Origin: Balanoglossus misakiensis
Taxonomy: Eukaryota > Animalia > Hemichordata
Length of the DNA stretch: 64,000 bases
Reading direction: 5' to 3'
Assembly (NCBI GenBank): GCA_040954595.2
Contig: CM082584.2
Location: 4,282,110 to 4,346,109 of the forward strand
In this document: in pieces, positions 24,001-35,715 of the stretch
Layout of the letters: every line of letters starts with the position of its first letter
Numbering within the stretch: position 1 is the first letter of the stretch
Translations under genes and position numbers: made by a program
The notes under the pieces: model-generated
Databases searched by the model: none
What the model was told of the DNA's origin: nothing
What the model saw: only the letters and a program-made list of their open reading frames with translations

Positions 24001-27000
24001 CGACAATGTGATCACTATGTACGGAGCAACCATGTCACTATAGTGACTGATCACTCCAATCTGACTTACATGTTTAAACAGAAAATACCAAGGGGGCGTA
24101 TTGGCCGTTGGATAATGACCATGCAGCAGTACGATTACGAAATTATATATAGACCTGGTAAGAAACACATGAATGCTGACGGGTTGTCAAGGAGACCATA
24201 TCAACAATGTGAGGGGTACAAGTCTGACGTCACTGATTTAGAGCATGCGCCTGAAATGAATTACAAGCCTAACAGTCAGCCAATGGTAGATAAGTGTGTA
24301 AACACTGAGCCCATAAACTCACCTTGTATAAATAATATACATACAGGGCAACAAACCGAACCTGAGGTTCATAATTCTGCTAATAGTGAGGACACATCTG
24401 GGTATGGGATTTTACTTAACAGTTCTAACGACACTTCTAACACTGACGTGGAGGAAAATGCTTCCAACACTGAAGTGGATAAAACATTCGACAGTGAGGT
24501 GCAATCACGAATGAAGGGAGAACAGAGAAAGGATGATTATTTGAGTAAATTTCTTAATTATTTAGAGAATGATGAGTTACCAATTGATCAAAAGTTAGCT
24601 CGTAAATTTGTTAGTATGGCTCCAAATTACGACATTGTTGACGGGGTTTTGTATCATTTTTGGAAACCCACGGGGAAATCAGCTAGTAAATTAGATTGTG
24701 TTAGACAGGTTGTGATACCTAAGTCCTTAAGAAATTATGTTCTGCGGTGGGCTCATGATTGTGTTTTAGCGGGACATTTGGGATACACTAAAACGTTGGG
24801 AGTTTTAAGACAGAGGTATTTTTGGGAAAGGATGCCCCGGGATGTTAATATGTACGTAAAGACATGCGCACATTGTCACACACGAAAGAGAGCCACACCC
24901 CCTACTCATGCTAAGTTGTTACCTATTCCAGTATCAGGACCCTGGGACCGACTGGGTATGGATATTGTGGGACCCCTCCCTAGAACGTATGATGGTCATA
25001 AATACATCTTAGTACTTACTGATTAGGCTGCATTCACAAACACCTCTGGAGGGGGGGGCGGGAGAATTCAATTTTTTTTACCGCTAATTTTCACATGCCC
25101 CCCTTCCGAACTGCCAATATTTTCAAATCCCCCCCTTCCGAACTGCCAAAATTTTGAAATCCCCCCCCCCATTTTCTTTCACAGAGCAAAACACATCACC
25201 TATCTTTCTTGTAAAAAGAAAAACAGCGCTCCCATGAAAAGAATTTGAAACTGATGTTTCCCCTCAACAGTGGGTATTAAAACTGAACATTGTTTTTATT
25301 TTTTAAGTACATATATTTGTATTCTGTGTTGGGAGACATTGTAAACCGAGAATTGAAGGGGGTGGGTTTGGGAGGGGGTGTCCCCCTCCCACGTAAGAAA
25401 ATTTTCTAAAATACAGAGCTCAAAGCTGCATTTTAATGAACCCGGCAAAAGCAAATTAACTCAACTACCGGTATGTTGGGGAGGACAAATTTAACCATCG
25501 CCGCTCAAAGTTATCATGGGGTGGGGCAAGTCCCCTGACCTGGGACACTAGATAAACCAGTCAATGATTGAAAGGTGTTGATGAATGTAAGGGGTGGGTG
25601 TGGGAGGGGGTGTCCCCCTCCCACATTAGAAAATTTTGTAAAATAAAGGGCGCGAAACTGCATTTTTGTGGACTCAAAATAAATATTTAGTCGTTAAAGT
25701 TTTCAAGTCCCCCCCCTTTCAGTCCCTAAATTATTTCAAATCCCCCCCCTTACATACCCTCAATTTTTTCAAATCCCCCCCCTCAATTCTCCTGCCCCCC
25801 CCTCCAGAGGTGTTTGTGAATGCAGCCTTACTTTACTAAATTTCCACTAGCATATCCATTACGTAATGCACGAGCTGAGACAGTCGCTAAGATCTTGTTC
25901 GATGAAGTAATTGCTACTTATGGCAGCCCCAGAGTTTTGCTGAGTGATCAGGGATCGAATTTTTTATCCCAAGTAGTTCGTGAAACTTGCAAATTTTTCA
26001 ACATCCAGAGGAAAGTTTCGACCCCTTATCGTCCACAGACTAATGGCCTTACAGAGCGTTTCAATGGTTGCCTAGTCGACATGCTGTCCATGTTTGTCGA
26101 TAGTAAACAGAAAGATTGGGATCGGTACCTAAGTTCAGTGCTTTTCGCTTATAGAGTTAGCCCTCAAGAGTCCAGTGGGTTCAGTCCTTATTATCTGTTA
26201 TATGGTCGGCATCCCACATTGCCCATGGATGTTGAGTTTCAGCCAGTTGAGGGGAGGACGAGAAATATAGATACACACCTTAAACATTTAGCTGCTAAAA
26301 GGGAGATAGCTCATAAAATCGCCAAAGAGAATATAGATCGATATCAACAGAATATGAAGGACCGTTATGATCAAAATATCCAACGGTCACAAAATCTAAA
26401 AGTGGGGGATCCTGTATATTTATACACACCTTCTGTTAAACCAGGAGTTAATAAGAAATTCGTACATAAGTGGACAGGTCCTTACATTATTTCTGAGAAG
26501 GTGGGTCCTGTTAATTACAAGTTGCGTTTCATAAATAGCACCAGGAATTATCGTAAGGTCATTCATGTGAATAGACTTAAAAGAGCTTATTTGCGCCCTT
26601 CTGAGTTTGACTCATCCTCATCTGATGAGTCGTGTGAAGAAAACGATGTCCCAGAAACCACAAATTATGAAAATGGGACCGAAATATGTCAAAGTCCAGA
26701 AGCAGAAACATATGCAGAATCAGAAAATGGATCTGATCAAATTGAGGGATTGAGAGATTTGTCGTCAAGGACAAATCCCAGTGCTTTCGATGAAACTGAC
26801 AACAATGGAAATTGTCAGACTAATGCTTCTGAGCCATTTTACGATATAGACAATGTGTTAAAGGGTCGATATAGAAATGGGAAATTACAGTATTTGGTTA
26901 AGTGGAAGAATTATTCAAACAAACATAATACGTGGGAGGATGAAGACAATTTGAATGAAACTGCGAAAGAGTATTTGATAAGAAATCCAGTAAAGATACA

Positions 27001-27034
27001 AGGGAAACAGGTTATAGCACATTTGCACATTTAA
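21061..27034 (+). pseudogene. Gypsy gag-pol polyprotein, interrupted in the integrase by a MITE
   Basis: CCHC knuckle CFNCGRYDHIARNC, protease LIDTGA, RT YIDD, RNase H, HHCC integrase, GPY motif, chromodomain YLVKWKNY..NTWE; removing 25026-25830 restores VLTDYFTKFP. Confidence 0.93.
25026..25827. mobile_element. 802 bp PIF/Harbinger-type MITE
   Basis: TIR GGCTGCATTCACAAACACCTCTGGAGGGGGGG; TTA TSD at 25023-25025 and 25828-25830. Confidence 0.92.
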
Positions 27035-28061
27035 ATCTATGGACAGAGAAATATATGCGTAACAGAGAAAAAAACGGAAAAGGGAGACACGTGGTTGATT
27101 GAAATGAATATTTGAATATGACTGAGAGGTATGAGTGTTGGCCGGCCTGTATGAGTGAGTGTACGATTGGCGTGTCCCTTGATTCGTTTAATGTTACGTA
27201 TAAGTTGTCGAATGACATTTTATTATCCGTTGGTTGCTGAGTTTAGTTGTAAGTGCTGTGCAACCTGGTTCCCGTGTCACTCTGTTTAAATGTGTTTATG
27301 TATTTGAGTTGTAAAGAAATTACCAGTGAAGTTTGAAGTTGCAGAGATTTTAACATTGGAGAAAAATGTTGTGAGTTGAATTTGCCGTTCGTTTGATGAC
27401 CTAAAAATAGATGGTCCAATTTGTGTAAATAGCCCCTTTTAATGGCTATGTGTTTGTATAAAGAAACCAAAGAAAATCCCATTTTCGAATGAAGAAAATG
27501 CCATTTTCGAAGTTGTAAAGAGTGGATTTTTGACAAAACGCTCAGATGTTTCAGTTTTAATTTTTAAGGTTATTGAATTTGCCCGACATGACGTAACTCG
27601 AGAATAAGGAATGTCGGATGATCGTTCGATGTAAAAGAATGCAAGAGAGTTTCTTTTGAGTCAATAAGACAACAGATATTCAGATTGTGTTGAATGATGG
27701 ATACAACGTTTTATGGGTTTACAGAAGGAGTTGCGATTTTATTGGTTATATCAGTAGGTGGATATGTGTGCGAAGGTTTTATGTGCACATACTATTTTAA
27801 GTTTATATGTACTTTTATTCTGTAGTAATTTTTGGATTGTAATTTTATATATTTTTAAGACGATCACTTCATAGACATGACTAGATTTTTTTTTCAAATA
27901 TTTTACTTCAATTTTGTTATATATATTGTACTCTTACATTTCAAAATCATACGGTACATCTTAATATACTCTTGGGATGGAACTGAACGATTACCCTTGG
28001 TGTACTGCTCTTTAAGAGATTTGTGTCCAATGCGGGACGCATTGGTTTAAAAGGAGGGGAG

Positions 28062-28590
28062 TGTTACGATCTGTATAAAGGTCAAATACGATTTCAAGGG
28101 TTAATTAAGCCAGAGCTCGGGAATGTCAATGTTTGATAGTATTTGATTTTATGTATTTGAAGGAGATAGGGAGAGCGGGTGTTTAACTGACTGCTCTGAT
28201 TCTCAATCATCACCGAACTGACTTTGTTATATAACACTTTATGTAAATTGGTACGTATAGAGTTGACTGATGTCCAATGAAATTGTAACACATTGTATTT
28301 GTGATATTTTACATTATTAACCACGCCTTGAGAAAAGTAATTATAAGAGAACTTTGTTTCCAAAGTTAAAAAGAATAATCTAACGGGAGATGGGAGTACC
28401 TCAGGCTACTGAGCTCGTTCCCTTCCTCATGTACTTTACTGGGCGTATTTGATGTACTATATAATTCCGGACAATAAATGAACGTGAATCAGATACGTGT
28501 CTCCGTGGATCACTGTTCTCGTCAGAGCCCGATACCTCATCGCTACAGATTCCCCGATGCATGAACAATCATGAGAAACCAGCCGTAATA
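28062..28590 (+). repeat. Gypsy 3' LTR
   Basis: Follows the PPT AAAAGGAGGGGAG; followed by the ATCC TSD. Confidence 0.95.
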
Positions 28591-28837
28591 ATCCTGATGG
28601 AATCCGACGCTCAAGATCGCTTGAAGTTCTACCGCGGACATCGATCATCGATTTCCTACGACATCAGCGTAGGGATTTCTCGGCAGAACGGGATGGTCAG
28701 CAACACGGTCAGATTTCACCAGCGAAGAAACGACCACCGGGATCGCCGCCTGCATCGCAACAATCGCCGAAAAGAGATAAACCGCCGTGAATTCGAGTAT
28801 TTGTCCTTCTCATCTATAGGCCTACTTTCTGAACTTG

Positions 28838-31800
28838 ATGGGCAACTTCGAGCTAAAGTGTATAACATTAAATGTCAGAGGTCTTCGCGACGCTTCTAAA
28901 AGGGCATCGATGATTCAATGGCTACTGAAACAACGGGTGCAGGTGATCTTCCTACAAGAAACTCACATCACTGAAGATATTGCAGTAGACTTTCATCATG
29001 CCTGGAAAGGTCAGGTTTTTCACAGCTTTGGTACATCCAATAGTAGAGGGGTTTCTTTGTTGTTTCAACCAAACCTCGATGTCAGTGTCATTTCCTCAGA
29101 CTCTGATTTAGATGGCAGAAAACTGCTTGTTAACTGCAAAATCTTTGAAACATCTTTTACTTTCATAAATATCTATGCTCCTAATAAACCAAAGGAGAGA
29201 AATTGTTTTTTCCGTAACACATCTAAATGGATTATTTCACACGAAATGCGTAATCCGGTTATTGCTGGCGATTTTAATTGTGTTGCTGACAGCCATAATG
29301 ATAAAAGAGGTGGTAATATAAATTATTTAGTTAACTCCTCTCTAGCTCTTAAACATTTTTGTTCTTTTCTAAAAGTTTTTGATGTCTGGCGACTCAAAAA
29401 CCCTGATACCAGGGAATTCACGTTCCGCCAAAAAACACCACTTGTTCTCTCGAGACTTGATTATTTTTTTCTGCCACTAGAAAATTCTGGCTCTGTCAAA
29501 TTTTGCAAAATTATTCCTGCCATTTTGTCTGACCATAGAGCTGTTGTTCTTTCCGTCACTGTTTCTGGCTTCTCTAGAGGCCCAGGTGTTTGGAAGTTAA
29601 ATGTCGATCTACTTAGAGTCGAAAAGTATAAAGCTGGTGTTATTGAATTAATTGAAAAGACTAAAAAAGAGTGTTCTGACTGCCCCATTGATTTAACATG
29701 GGAACTTTGTAAAGCACGGATCAGAGATTTTTCAATAGAATTTTCTAAGTCGCGTATGAGGGAAAAACGGGAAAGACTACCTGTTTTAGAAGGAAAACTT
29801 GTCGAGCTGGACAGGAAAATTGACGCCACTTTAGACTCAAATATTTTGAACGAGTACGAAAAAGTTAAGCGTGAGCTTGAACAACTTTATGCTGATCAAG
29901 TAAAAGGGGCAAAGGTAAGAGCCAGAGCTCAGTGGTATTTTGAAAGTGACAAGCCAACAAAATATTTCTTGAACTTGGAAAAAAAACGTAGCATCAGAAA
30001 TGATATAACTGAACTAAAAATAGATGAGAATATATTACACAATCCCGATGACATTCTAAGTGGTACGTGTCGCTTTTACCAACAGCTGTACACCTCCAAT
30101 AACATTTCAGTCAATACCATAAATGAGTATTTAAATAATGTGCACCTGGAAAATAGTGTTAGTGGCCATGAGAAGAGCCAATTGGATAAAGACATCTCCT
30201 TTGACGAGTGCTCAAAGGTAGTTACGAAGCTAAAAAATAACAAAGCTCCTGGTAGCGACGGGCTTCCTGCTGAATTTTACAAAGAATTTTGGCATTGTAT
30301 TGGTCCCACAGTGTATGGAGCTGTCTCCAAATGTCTGCGCTATGGTAAATTAACATACACGCTTAGACATGCGCACCTTCGTCTTATCCATAAAAAAGAT
30401 GAGAGAAATGTGTTAGAAAACTGGAGACCGATAAGTCTTCTGAATACCGATTACAAAATTATCGCCTTTGTTCTTTCCTCTAGGCTACAACCTGTTCTTG
30501 GCAGGATAATTAACCACGATCAAACGGCCTATTTGAAAAAGCGTTTCATTGGGAATAATGTTAGACTCATCTACGACATTATTGATTATGCAAACTACGA
30601 AAATACGCCAGGTGCTCTCCTATTTCTTGACTTTCGCAAAGCATTTGACACGGTTGAGTGGAACTTTATGTTCAAAACTCTTGAGAAGTTCAATTTTGGT
30701 GCTAACTTTATTAGCTTTATAAAAACTTTGTATTCTGATTGCCAAGCTAGTGTGTTAAACCACGGGTGGGTCTCGCAGCCATTGCTGCTTGAGAGAGGTA
30801 TAAGACAAGGATGCCCTATCTCAGCTTTGCTCTTTTTACTAATTGTAGAAATATTAGCCACCAAAATAAGATCAGATAGTGGCATAAAGGGGTTTAATAT
30901 AAATTATTCGAGAGACTTGTCAAAGGAAATACGTATTTCTCAGGTCGCTGACGATACCACTATTTTTGTTACTGAGGAGCAGTCTATTCAAAAGGCTTTG
31001 GATGTCATAAAAAGTTTCAGTTCTGTTGCAGGTCCTTCCCTAAATCTCAACAAAACGAAAGGGTTATGGGTAGGTTCCTGGAAAAATAAACCGGAAGTGT
31101 ATGCCGGTATTAAGTGGCCAAGTCAGCCAATTAAATCTCTTGGTACTTTCTTTTCAAATGACCCAGCAACTGGTATCGATGCTATCTTAAATAATAAGTG
31201 TTTGTCTATTGAAAGTTTACTAACTCAGTGGTCTCTCAGGAGACTGACTTTTTTTGGTAAAATCACTGTTATAAAATCTCTTGCTGTAGCGAAAATTGTG
31301 TATCTTCTAAACACTTGTAATGTTCCGTGTACATTCTTAAAACGCTTGGAAAAACTTTTTTTCAACTTTTTATGGAGTTCCAAAACTGACAAGATAAAGC
31401 GTGACACCATCATAGGTGACTATAATCAAGGTGGTTTGAAAATGCTTGATATTTTTTCCCAATACAAGTCATTTCTTTCATCCTGGGTAACGCGGCTTTT
31501 GACAAATGAAGGGAATAACTGTGTACCATCATGGAAATGTATTCCGTTATTTTATTTACATAGACTGAATCTGGATAAGGTTATTTTTCATATGAATTTT
31601 GAGGACCCCATACACTGTCCTGATTTAGAAGGGTTGCCATTTTTTTACAAACAATGTATACTTGCATGGCATGAAGCTGGCGGTGGGTGCATTGTACCTA
31701 ATGACGCCAAAGATGTTATGAAGCAAGTTATCTGGTGTAACAAGCATATACGCTTTAAAGGCAAGACTCTGTACTTTAAGCACTGGATTAAAGCGGGTAT

Positions 31801-32599
31801 TTTATTCCTTGGCGACATTGTAGATTCAGATGGAACGTTTCGGTCTGATTGGATTTCGAGTAACCTACGTTATAAGCATAATCTGGTTTCAGAGTTATTT
31901 ATGTTGTACAACGCAGTTCCAAGGCATTGGTGTGAACTGGTGAGACAGTCGAATATGATATTTAATTTGACCACTACTACTTTGCCGACACCTACTGTTT
32001 TTTTAAATCACAAATGTCTGTACAAGTCCGCTTTGTGTGTTACTACTAATGAATTTTACTGGACTTTTGTCCATAAGAAATTTAAAAGACCATGGATTCC
32101 TAACATGTGGAACAGAGTCCTTAATTTGGGACCTGAGCTGAATTGGTCTCATCTATGGTATTATCGTATTATACAGTTAACTCCAGAAAGAAAATTGTCA
32201 AATTTTATGTATAAATTTATGTACGATATTCTTCCAAATGATGCAAATCTGTATAAATGGAAATTAGCTAGAACAAAAAACTGTAACATTTGTAATGTAA
32301 CAAATGATATCTTCCATATGTTTATTACGTGCGATAGAGTAACTCTGTTTTGGAAAGAATTTCATGACTTTCTGTTAAACACACAAAACTGCCATGTAGA
32401 AATCTGTATGAGAAATCTATTGTGTGGCTTTGAACAGCATGACAAATATGTCAACCTCTTATTAATCATAGCTATGTTTACAATCTACAAATCATGGATA
32501 ATGTACAAGGAAACAGAAAACCTCAGTAAAATAAATATCTTTGACCTTTTTATGTTTGAACTAAAAATTAGACAGGAAAATGAATGCTACCGTCCTTAA
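28838..32599 (+). CDS. LINE ORF2: APE endonuclease + reverse transcriptase + C-terminal Cys/His motif
   Basis: Intact ~1253 aa ORF: NVRGL, LQETH, GDFN, SRLDY, SDH; KAPGSDG, WRPISLL, DFRKAFD, GIRQGCP, ADD; CxxC...H...C. Confidence 0.95.
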   Translation: MGNFELKCITLNVRGLRDASKRASMIQWLLKQRVQVIFLQETHITEDIAVDFHHAWKGQVFHSFGTSNSRGVSLLFQPNLDVSVISSDSDLDGRKLLVNCKIFETSFTFINIYAPNKPKERNCFFRNTSKWIISHEMRNPVIAGDFNCVADSHNDKRGGNINYLVNSSLALKHFCSFLKVFDVWRLKNPDTREFTFRQKTPLVLSRLDYFFLPLENSGSVKFCKIIPAILSDHRAVVLSVTVSGFSRGPGVWKLNVDLLRVEKYKAGVIELIEKTKKECSDCPIDLTWELCKARIRDFSIEFSKSRMREKRERLPVLEGKLVELDRKIDATLDSNILNEYEKVKRELEQLYADQVKGAKVRARAQWYFESDKPTKYFLNLEKKRSIRNDITELKIDENILHNPDDILSGTCRFYQQLYTSNNISVNTINEYLNNVHLENSVSGHEKSQLDKDISFDECSKVVTKLKNNKAPGSDGLPAEFYKEFWHCIGPTVYGAVSKCLRYGKLTYTLRHAHLRLIHKKDERNVLENWRPISLLNTDYKIIAFVLSSRLQPVLGRIINHDQTAYLKKRFIGNNVRLIYDIIDYANYENTPGALLFLDFRKAFDTVEWNFMFKTLEKFNFGANFISFIKTLYSDCQASVLNHGWVSQPLLLERGIRQGCPISALLFLLIVEILATKIRSDSGIKGFNINYSRDLSKEIRISQVADDTTIFVTEEQSIQKALDVIKSFSSVAGPSLNLNKTKGLWVGSWKNKPEVYAGIKWPSQPIKSLGTFFSNDPATGIDAILNNKCLSIESLLTQWSLRRLTFFGKITVIKSLAVAKIVYLLNTCNVPCTFLKRLEKLFFNFLWSSKTDKIKRDTIIGDYNQGGLKMLDIFSQYKSFLSSWVTRLLTNEGNNCVPSWKCIPLFYLHRLNLDKVIFHMNFEDPIHCPDLEGLPFFYKQCILAWHEAGGGCIVPNDAKDVMKQVIWCNKHIRFKGKTLYFKHWIKAGILFLGDIVDSDGTFRSDWISSNLRYKHNLVSELFMLYNAVPRHWCELVRQSNMIFNLTTTTLPTPTVFLNHKCLYKSALCVTTNEFYWTFVHKKFKRPWIPNMWNRVLNLGPELNWSHLWYYRIIQLTPERKLSNFMYKFMYDILPNDANLYKWKLARTKNCNICNVTNDIFHMFITCDRVTLFWKEFHDFLLNTQNCHVEICMRNLLCGFEQHDKYVNLLLIIAMFTIYKSWIMYKETENLSKINIFDLFMFELKIRQENECYRP

Positions 32600-32668
32600 G
32601 TTAGATATTTATTTACATTAATTGACATGTATACTTCTTGCTCTGTCTAAAATTAGTCAATCTCGACA

Positions 32669-32708
<40 letters not shown>

Positions 32709-32998
32709 TTACATTTGCAATGATCATTATAACTGATTACATAGCTCTGTATCAACATGTACCACAGGGGGCATCCTGCTTCAAAACTGACACTGTGTAA
32801 AATCTCTTTACAAATGTGTACACATGTGTTTTAGACATGTTCGAAGCAGGACACCCCCTAGAGTGTGTTGATACAGAACTGCTCTAATCAGGTCTAATGA
32901 TCAAAACGAACGTAACCAGATGCCGACTTCAGGACTGCAGCTTTTTCGGCCGAAATTCGATTTTATCGAAGCAAAATCCTTTCCCTGTCTACTTCTGC

Positions 32999-33213
32999 CC
33001 CCTAACCGACTCCAAATATGATGCGATTAACTTGTCCTAACGTCCGAACCGCTCGCTTTCTAAAACTTTTTTGTTTACCCATGGAGATAAACTCGCTGTA
33101 AGCTTTATATTTAATATGGCGATCTCAACATGTAAACACACAAAAATGAATCAAACGCGAGTGGTTCGGACGTTAGGACAAGTTAATCGCATCATATTTG
33201 GAGTCGGTTAGGG
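32999..33213. repeat. ~215 bp palindromic MITE-like element
   Basis: CCCTAACCGACTCCAAATATGATGCG... inverted at ~33157-33213. Confidence 0.7.
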
Positions 33214-33853
33214 ACCGTTCAGTTAAAACGGCCGGGGGGGCGGCAAAATCCGGGGGGGGGGGGTCACTTGAATTTTGAAGTCCACAAGGGGGGGGGGGTC
33301 ATCTGGTTTTTTTAAACGTTTAGGGGGGGGGTCACATACTTTCGCCACTGAACTTTTGCTTTTGAGTCCACAAAATTGCAGTTTCGCACCCTTTATTTTA
33401 CAAAATTTTCTAATGTGGGAGGGGGGCAACACCCACCCCCTCCATTCTTCGCTACATTGCATTTATTCACTGGTTTGTCTAGTGTACCAGGGAAGACTTC
33501 TTACCACCCCACCCTGATGCTTACTTTGAGTGGAGTGGCAAAATTAAAATTTGTCCTCCCTAACATCGAGTTAATTTGCTTTTGAGTTCATTAAATTGCA
33601 ACTTTGAGCACCGTATTTTACAAAATTTTCTTATGTGGGAGGGGTTGTCCCCCTCCCACATTAGAAAATTTTGTAAAATAAAGGGTGCGAAACTGCAATT
33701 TTGTGGACTCAAAAGCAAAAGTTCGGTGGCGAAAGTATGTGACCCCCCCCCCCTAAACGTTTAAAAAACCAGATGACCCCCCCCCCCTTGTGGACTTCAA
33801 AATTCAAGTGACCCCCCCCCCCCCCCTGGATTTTGCCGCCCCCCCCCCCCGGC
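33211..33853. mobile_element. Harbinger-type MITE with a truncated right end
   Basis: Starts TTA|GGGACCGTTC; long G/C-run inverted arms; interior related to 25026-25827 and 60020-60563. Confidence 0.65.
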
Positions 33854-35715
33854 CTCGGCCGAAAAAGCTGCAGTCCGGATCCGGACCGCAGAAGCACCAG
33901 TTTTTTTCTATGGCGCCTTGCAGGGCTGTGGTGGAGGCCGTGTAACGCCGGGAACACACAGACCTGTACGCAGAGCTAGGCCGGTGACGGCTGAGTTGCT
34001 TCCTTGCAAAGGTCTCGGAGTCGCACTCGATCACCTGCTCTTGTAACTCCCAATCTCTTTATTTCCCCTTCCGTCATGGAAAGAACGGTGGCACCTTCAA
34101 CCCGCTCATTGCCAAATTTATCTCCTGCAATATTGCCTCGATGTCCATCTCATTCGACTGCGACTGAGACGCACAAAACAAACGGAAAACACGGAAAATG
34201 GCCGACAGCAAAAATTGTGCGCCCTCTGGTGAGGTGGAAGTGAAGGTAGTAAACAAGTAAATAATATTAATACATGTACTTGCAAAGTGTCTTAAAATCT
34301 TAGAGTCTTTGAATAGCTTAAACACACGCCCTCTATATATAATGCATGGAAAACATAAGCTATTCAATGATCATCTAACAGACTACAGCATTAACATAAA
34401 AGCATAGTCACTTAAAATATAAAAATTTGTGTTTATATTCATTTCACCATTTTAAAAAATAACAAAAATGAAAGTTAAAATAAATTGATGTGATGTACCA
34501 ACCATTTTCTCGTATTTAAAAATAACATAGTTATTTTAAACCATACATCTTCAAGATGACAATCATACTATCAAACAAAATTATAATTTGTAAATACAAT
34601 TAAATAATATAATACCATGTTTAAATAATATAGCGATGTATAGCGAATTATATTAATAACGTTTGTAAATAATATTTTATTGTAAGTTAATTAATGGATA
34701 AGCTTTTAGAATAAAATAATAATGTCCACTTATAATAAACTTGTAGCTTTTCATAATATACACAGTGTTACCATTAATAGAGTCAAGTTTATTTATAATA
34801 TATTAACAAATCAAAATATAATCGTACTACTTCAACATTATATACTACTATTTATTTATAATATATTAACGAATCAAAATATAATCGTACTACTTCAACA
34901 TTATATACTACCATCCATTTTTCATCATCGAAAAAAGCCCGTTTTCCAGTACATCCATCATGGAATACTATATAATGAAGATGTAAGAAAGGTTTGGGCA
35001 ATTGTAGCTACATGCAAGCCGAAAATATCGCCCGTAACACTTGAAATGATGCGCGGGTTTGTTTACAACGGAAATGTTGTACATGTCGATCAGCAAACGT
35101 GCCACTTTGACATTTTGATGGTCAGACCATTTTCGGATTTGATCTGGTTCCATCGACTGATTTCTCCCATAAAGTTATCTTCCCAAAATTTCGCCGAATT
35201 AGTGCGCATTTCTTCGCTGAGTCGCTTGATTTGGGGCGACCAAACCTCTTCCGCATAGATTCACATTTGAGTGCGCATGCGCACTAGTCACGTGTGTCAA
35301 CATTAGCCTGACTCACGTGACTTTCTGTCCGGACAGAAAGTCATTCTTCACTCGTTATATTGTAAATTGTATGAGTTTATCAGCAGAGCTGGGGATGATG
35401 ACTGTTCGATTCAGTATCAATTATCATCTACTTTTAGAAATTATAGATGCCGTTTCAAACAAAATTTTGCCCCTACGAGAAATACTGTGGCTTTAAGACC
35501 CCTGAGGCTTGCCATAGACATGCATGTCAATTTGACAGCTGAGAAGTACAAATGGCTCAATGGTGTTAAATGCACTTGAAAAGTCAATGAAAAGAATATG
35601 AATTTATGCTCTTCGGGTCTCTAAATGCCTTGTAATCAAATTGAGCAAACTGATGGAATTACTGTCATTTTTGAATCAGCCACATGACTTGAACCACTTC
35701 CTTGTCTTTTAACAG

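Larger units (their letters stand above)
20455..28590 (+). mobile_element. Ty3/Gypsy LTR retrotransposon with a chromodomain integrase
   Basis: 529 bp LTRs, ATCC TSD, PBS TGGTGGAGAT (tRNA-Ala-like) at 20986, polypurine tract 28049-28061, gag-PR-RT-RH-IN domain order. Confidence 0.96.
19412..28790 (+). pseudogene. LINE ORF1 (19412-20454 + 28595-28790), disrupted by the Gypsy insertion
   Basis: Tx1-like ORF1 (LTLKGLPFS...TGNRYVY); removing Gypsy plus one ATCC restores ...TSPNPDGIRRSRS...RDKPP*. Confidence 0.8.
19233..32704 (+). mobile_element. Full-length L1/Tx1-clade non-LTR retrotransposon (interrupted by Gypsy)
   Basis: ORF1 + APE-RT ORF2, AATAAA running into a poly(A) tail (~32670-32704), 13 bp TSD ATGGTTACATTTG at 19220-19232 and 32705-32717. 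Confidence 0.93.
19207..32932. mobile_element. ~240 bp imperfectly palindromic MITE-like element split by the LINE
   Basis: Ends CTGAAGTCGGCAT (19207) / ATGCCGACTTCAG (32932); body at 32705-32932 is self-complementary. Confidence 0.6.
18934..35517. mobile_element. Non-autonomous TIR DNA transposon hosting nested insertions
   Basis: 25 bp TIRs CTATGGCAAGCCTCAGGGGTCTTAA (18934) / TTAAGACCCCTGAGGCTTGCCATAG (ends 35517); ~62 bp subterminal repeats at ~18969-19127 recur inverted at ~34787-34910; no matching TSD. Confidence 0.75.

Noticed and set aside
27035-28048. Possible env gene in the Gypsy 3' region
   Set aside because: No long plus-strand ORF or recognisable signal/TM organisation
30930-30965. 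LINE RT motif reads QVADD rather than YADD
   Set aside because: Both catalytic Asp residues are intact and the first position varies among L1/Tx1-type elements; not evidence of novelty or inactivation
34722-35258. 178 aa ORF
   Set aside because: Runs through AT-rich subterminal repeats of the TIR element; no domain signature
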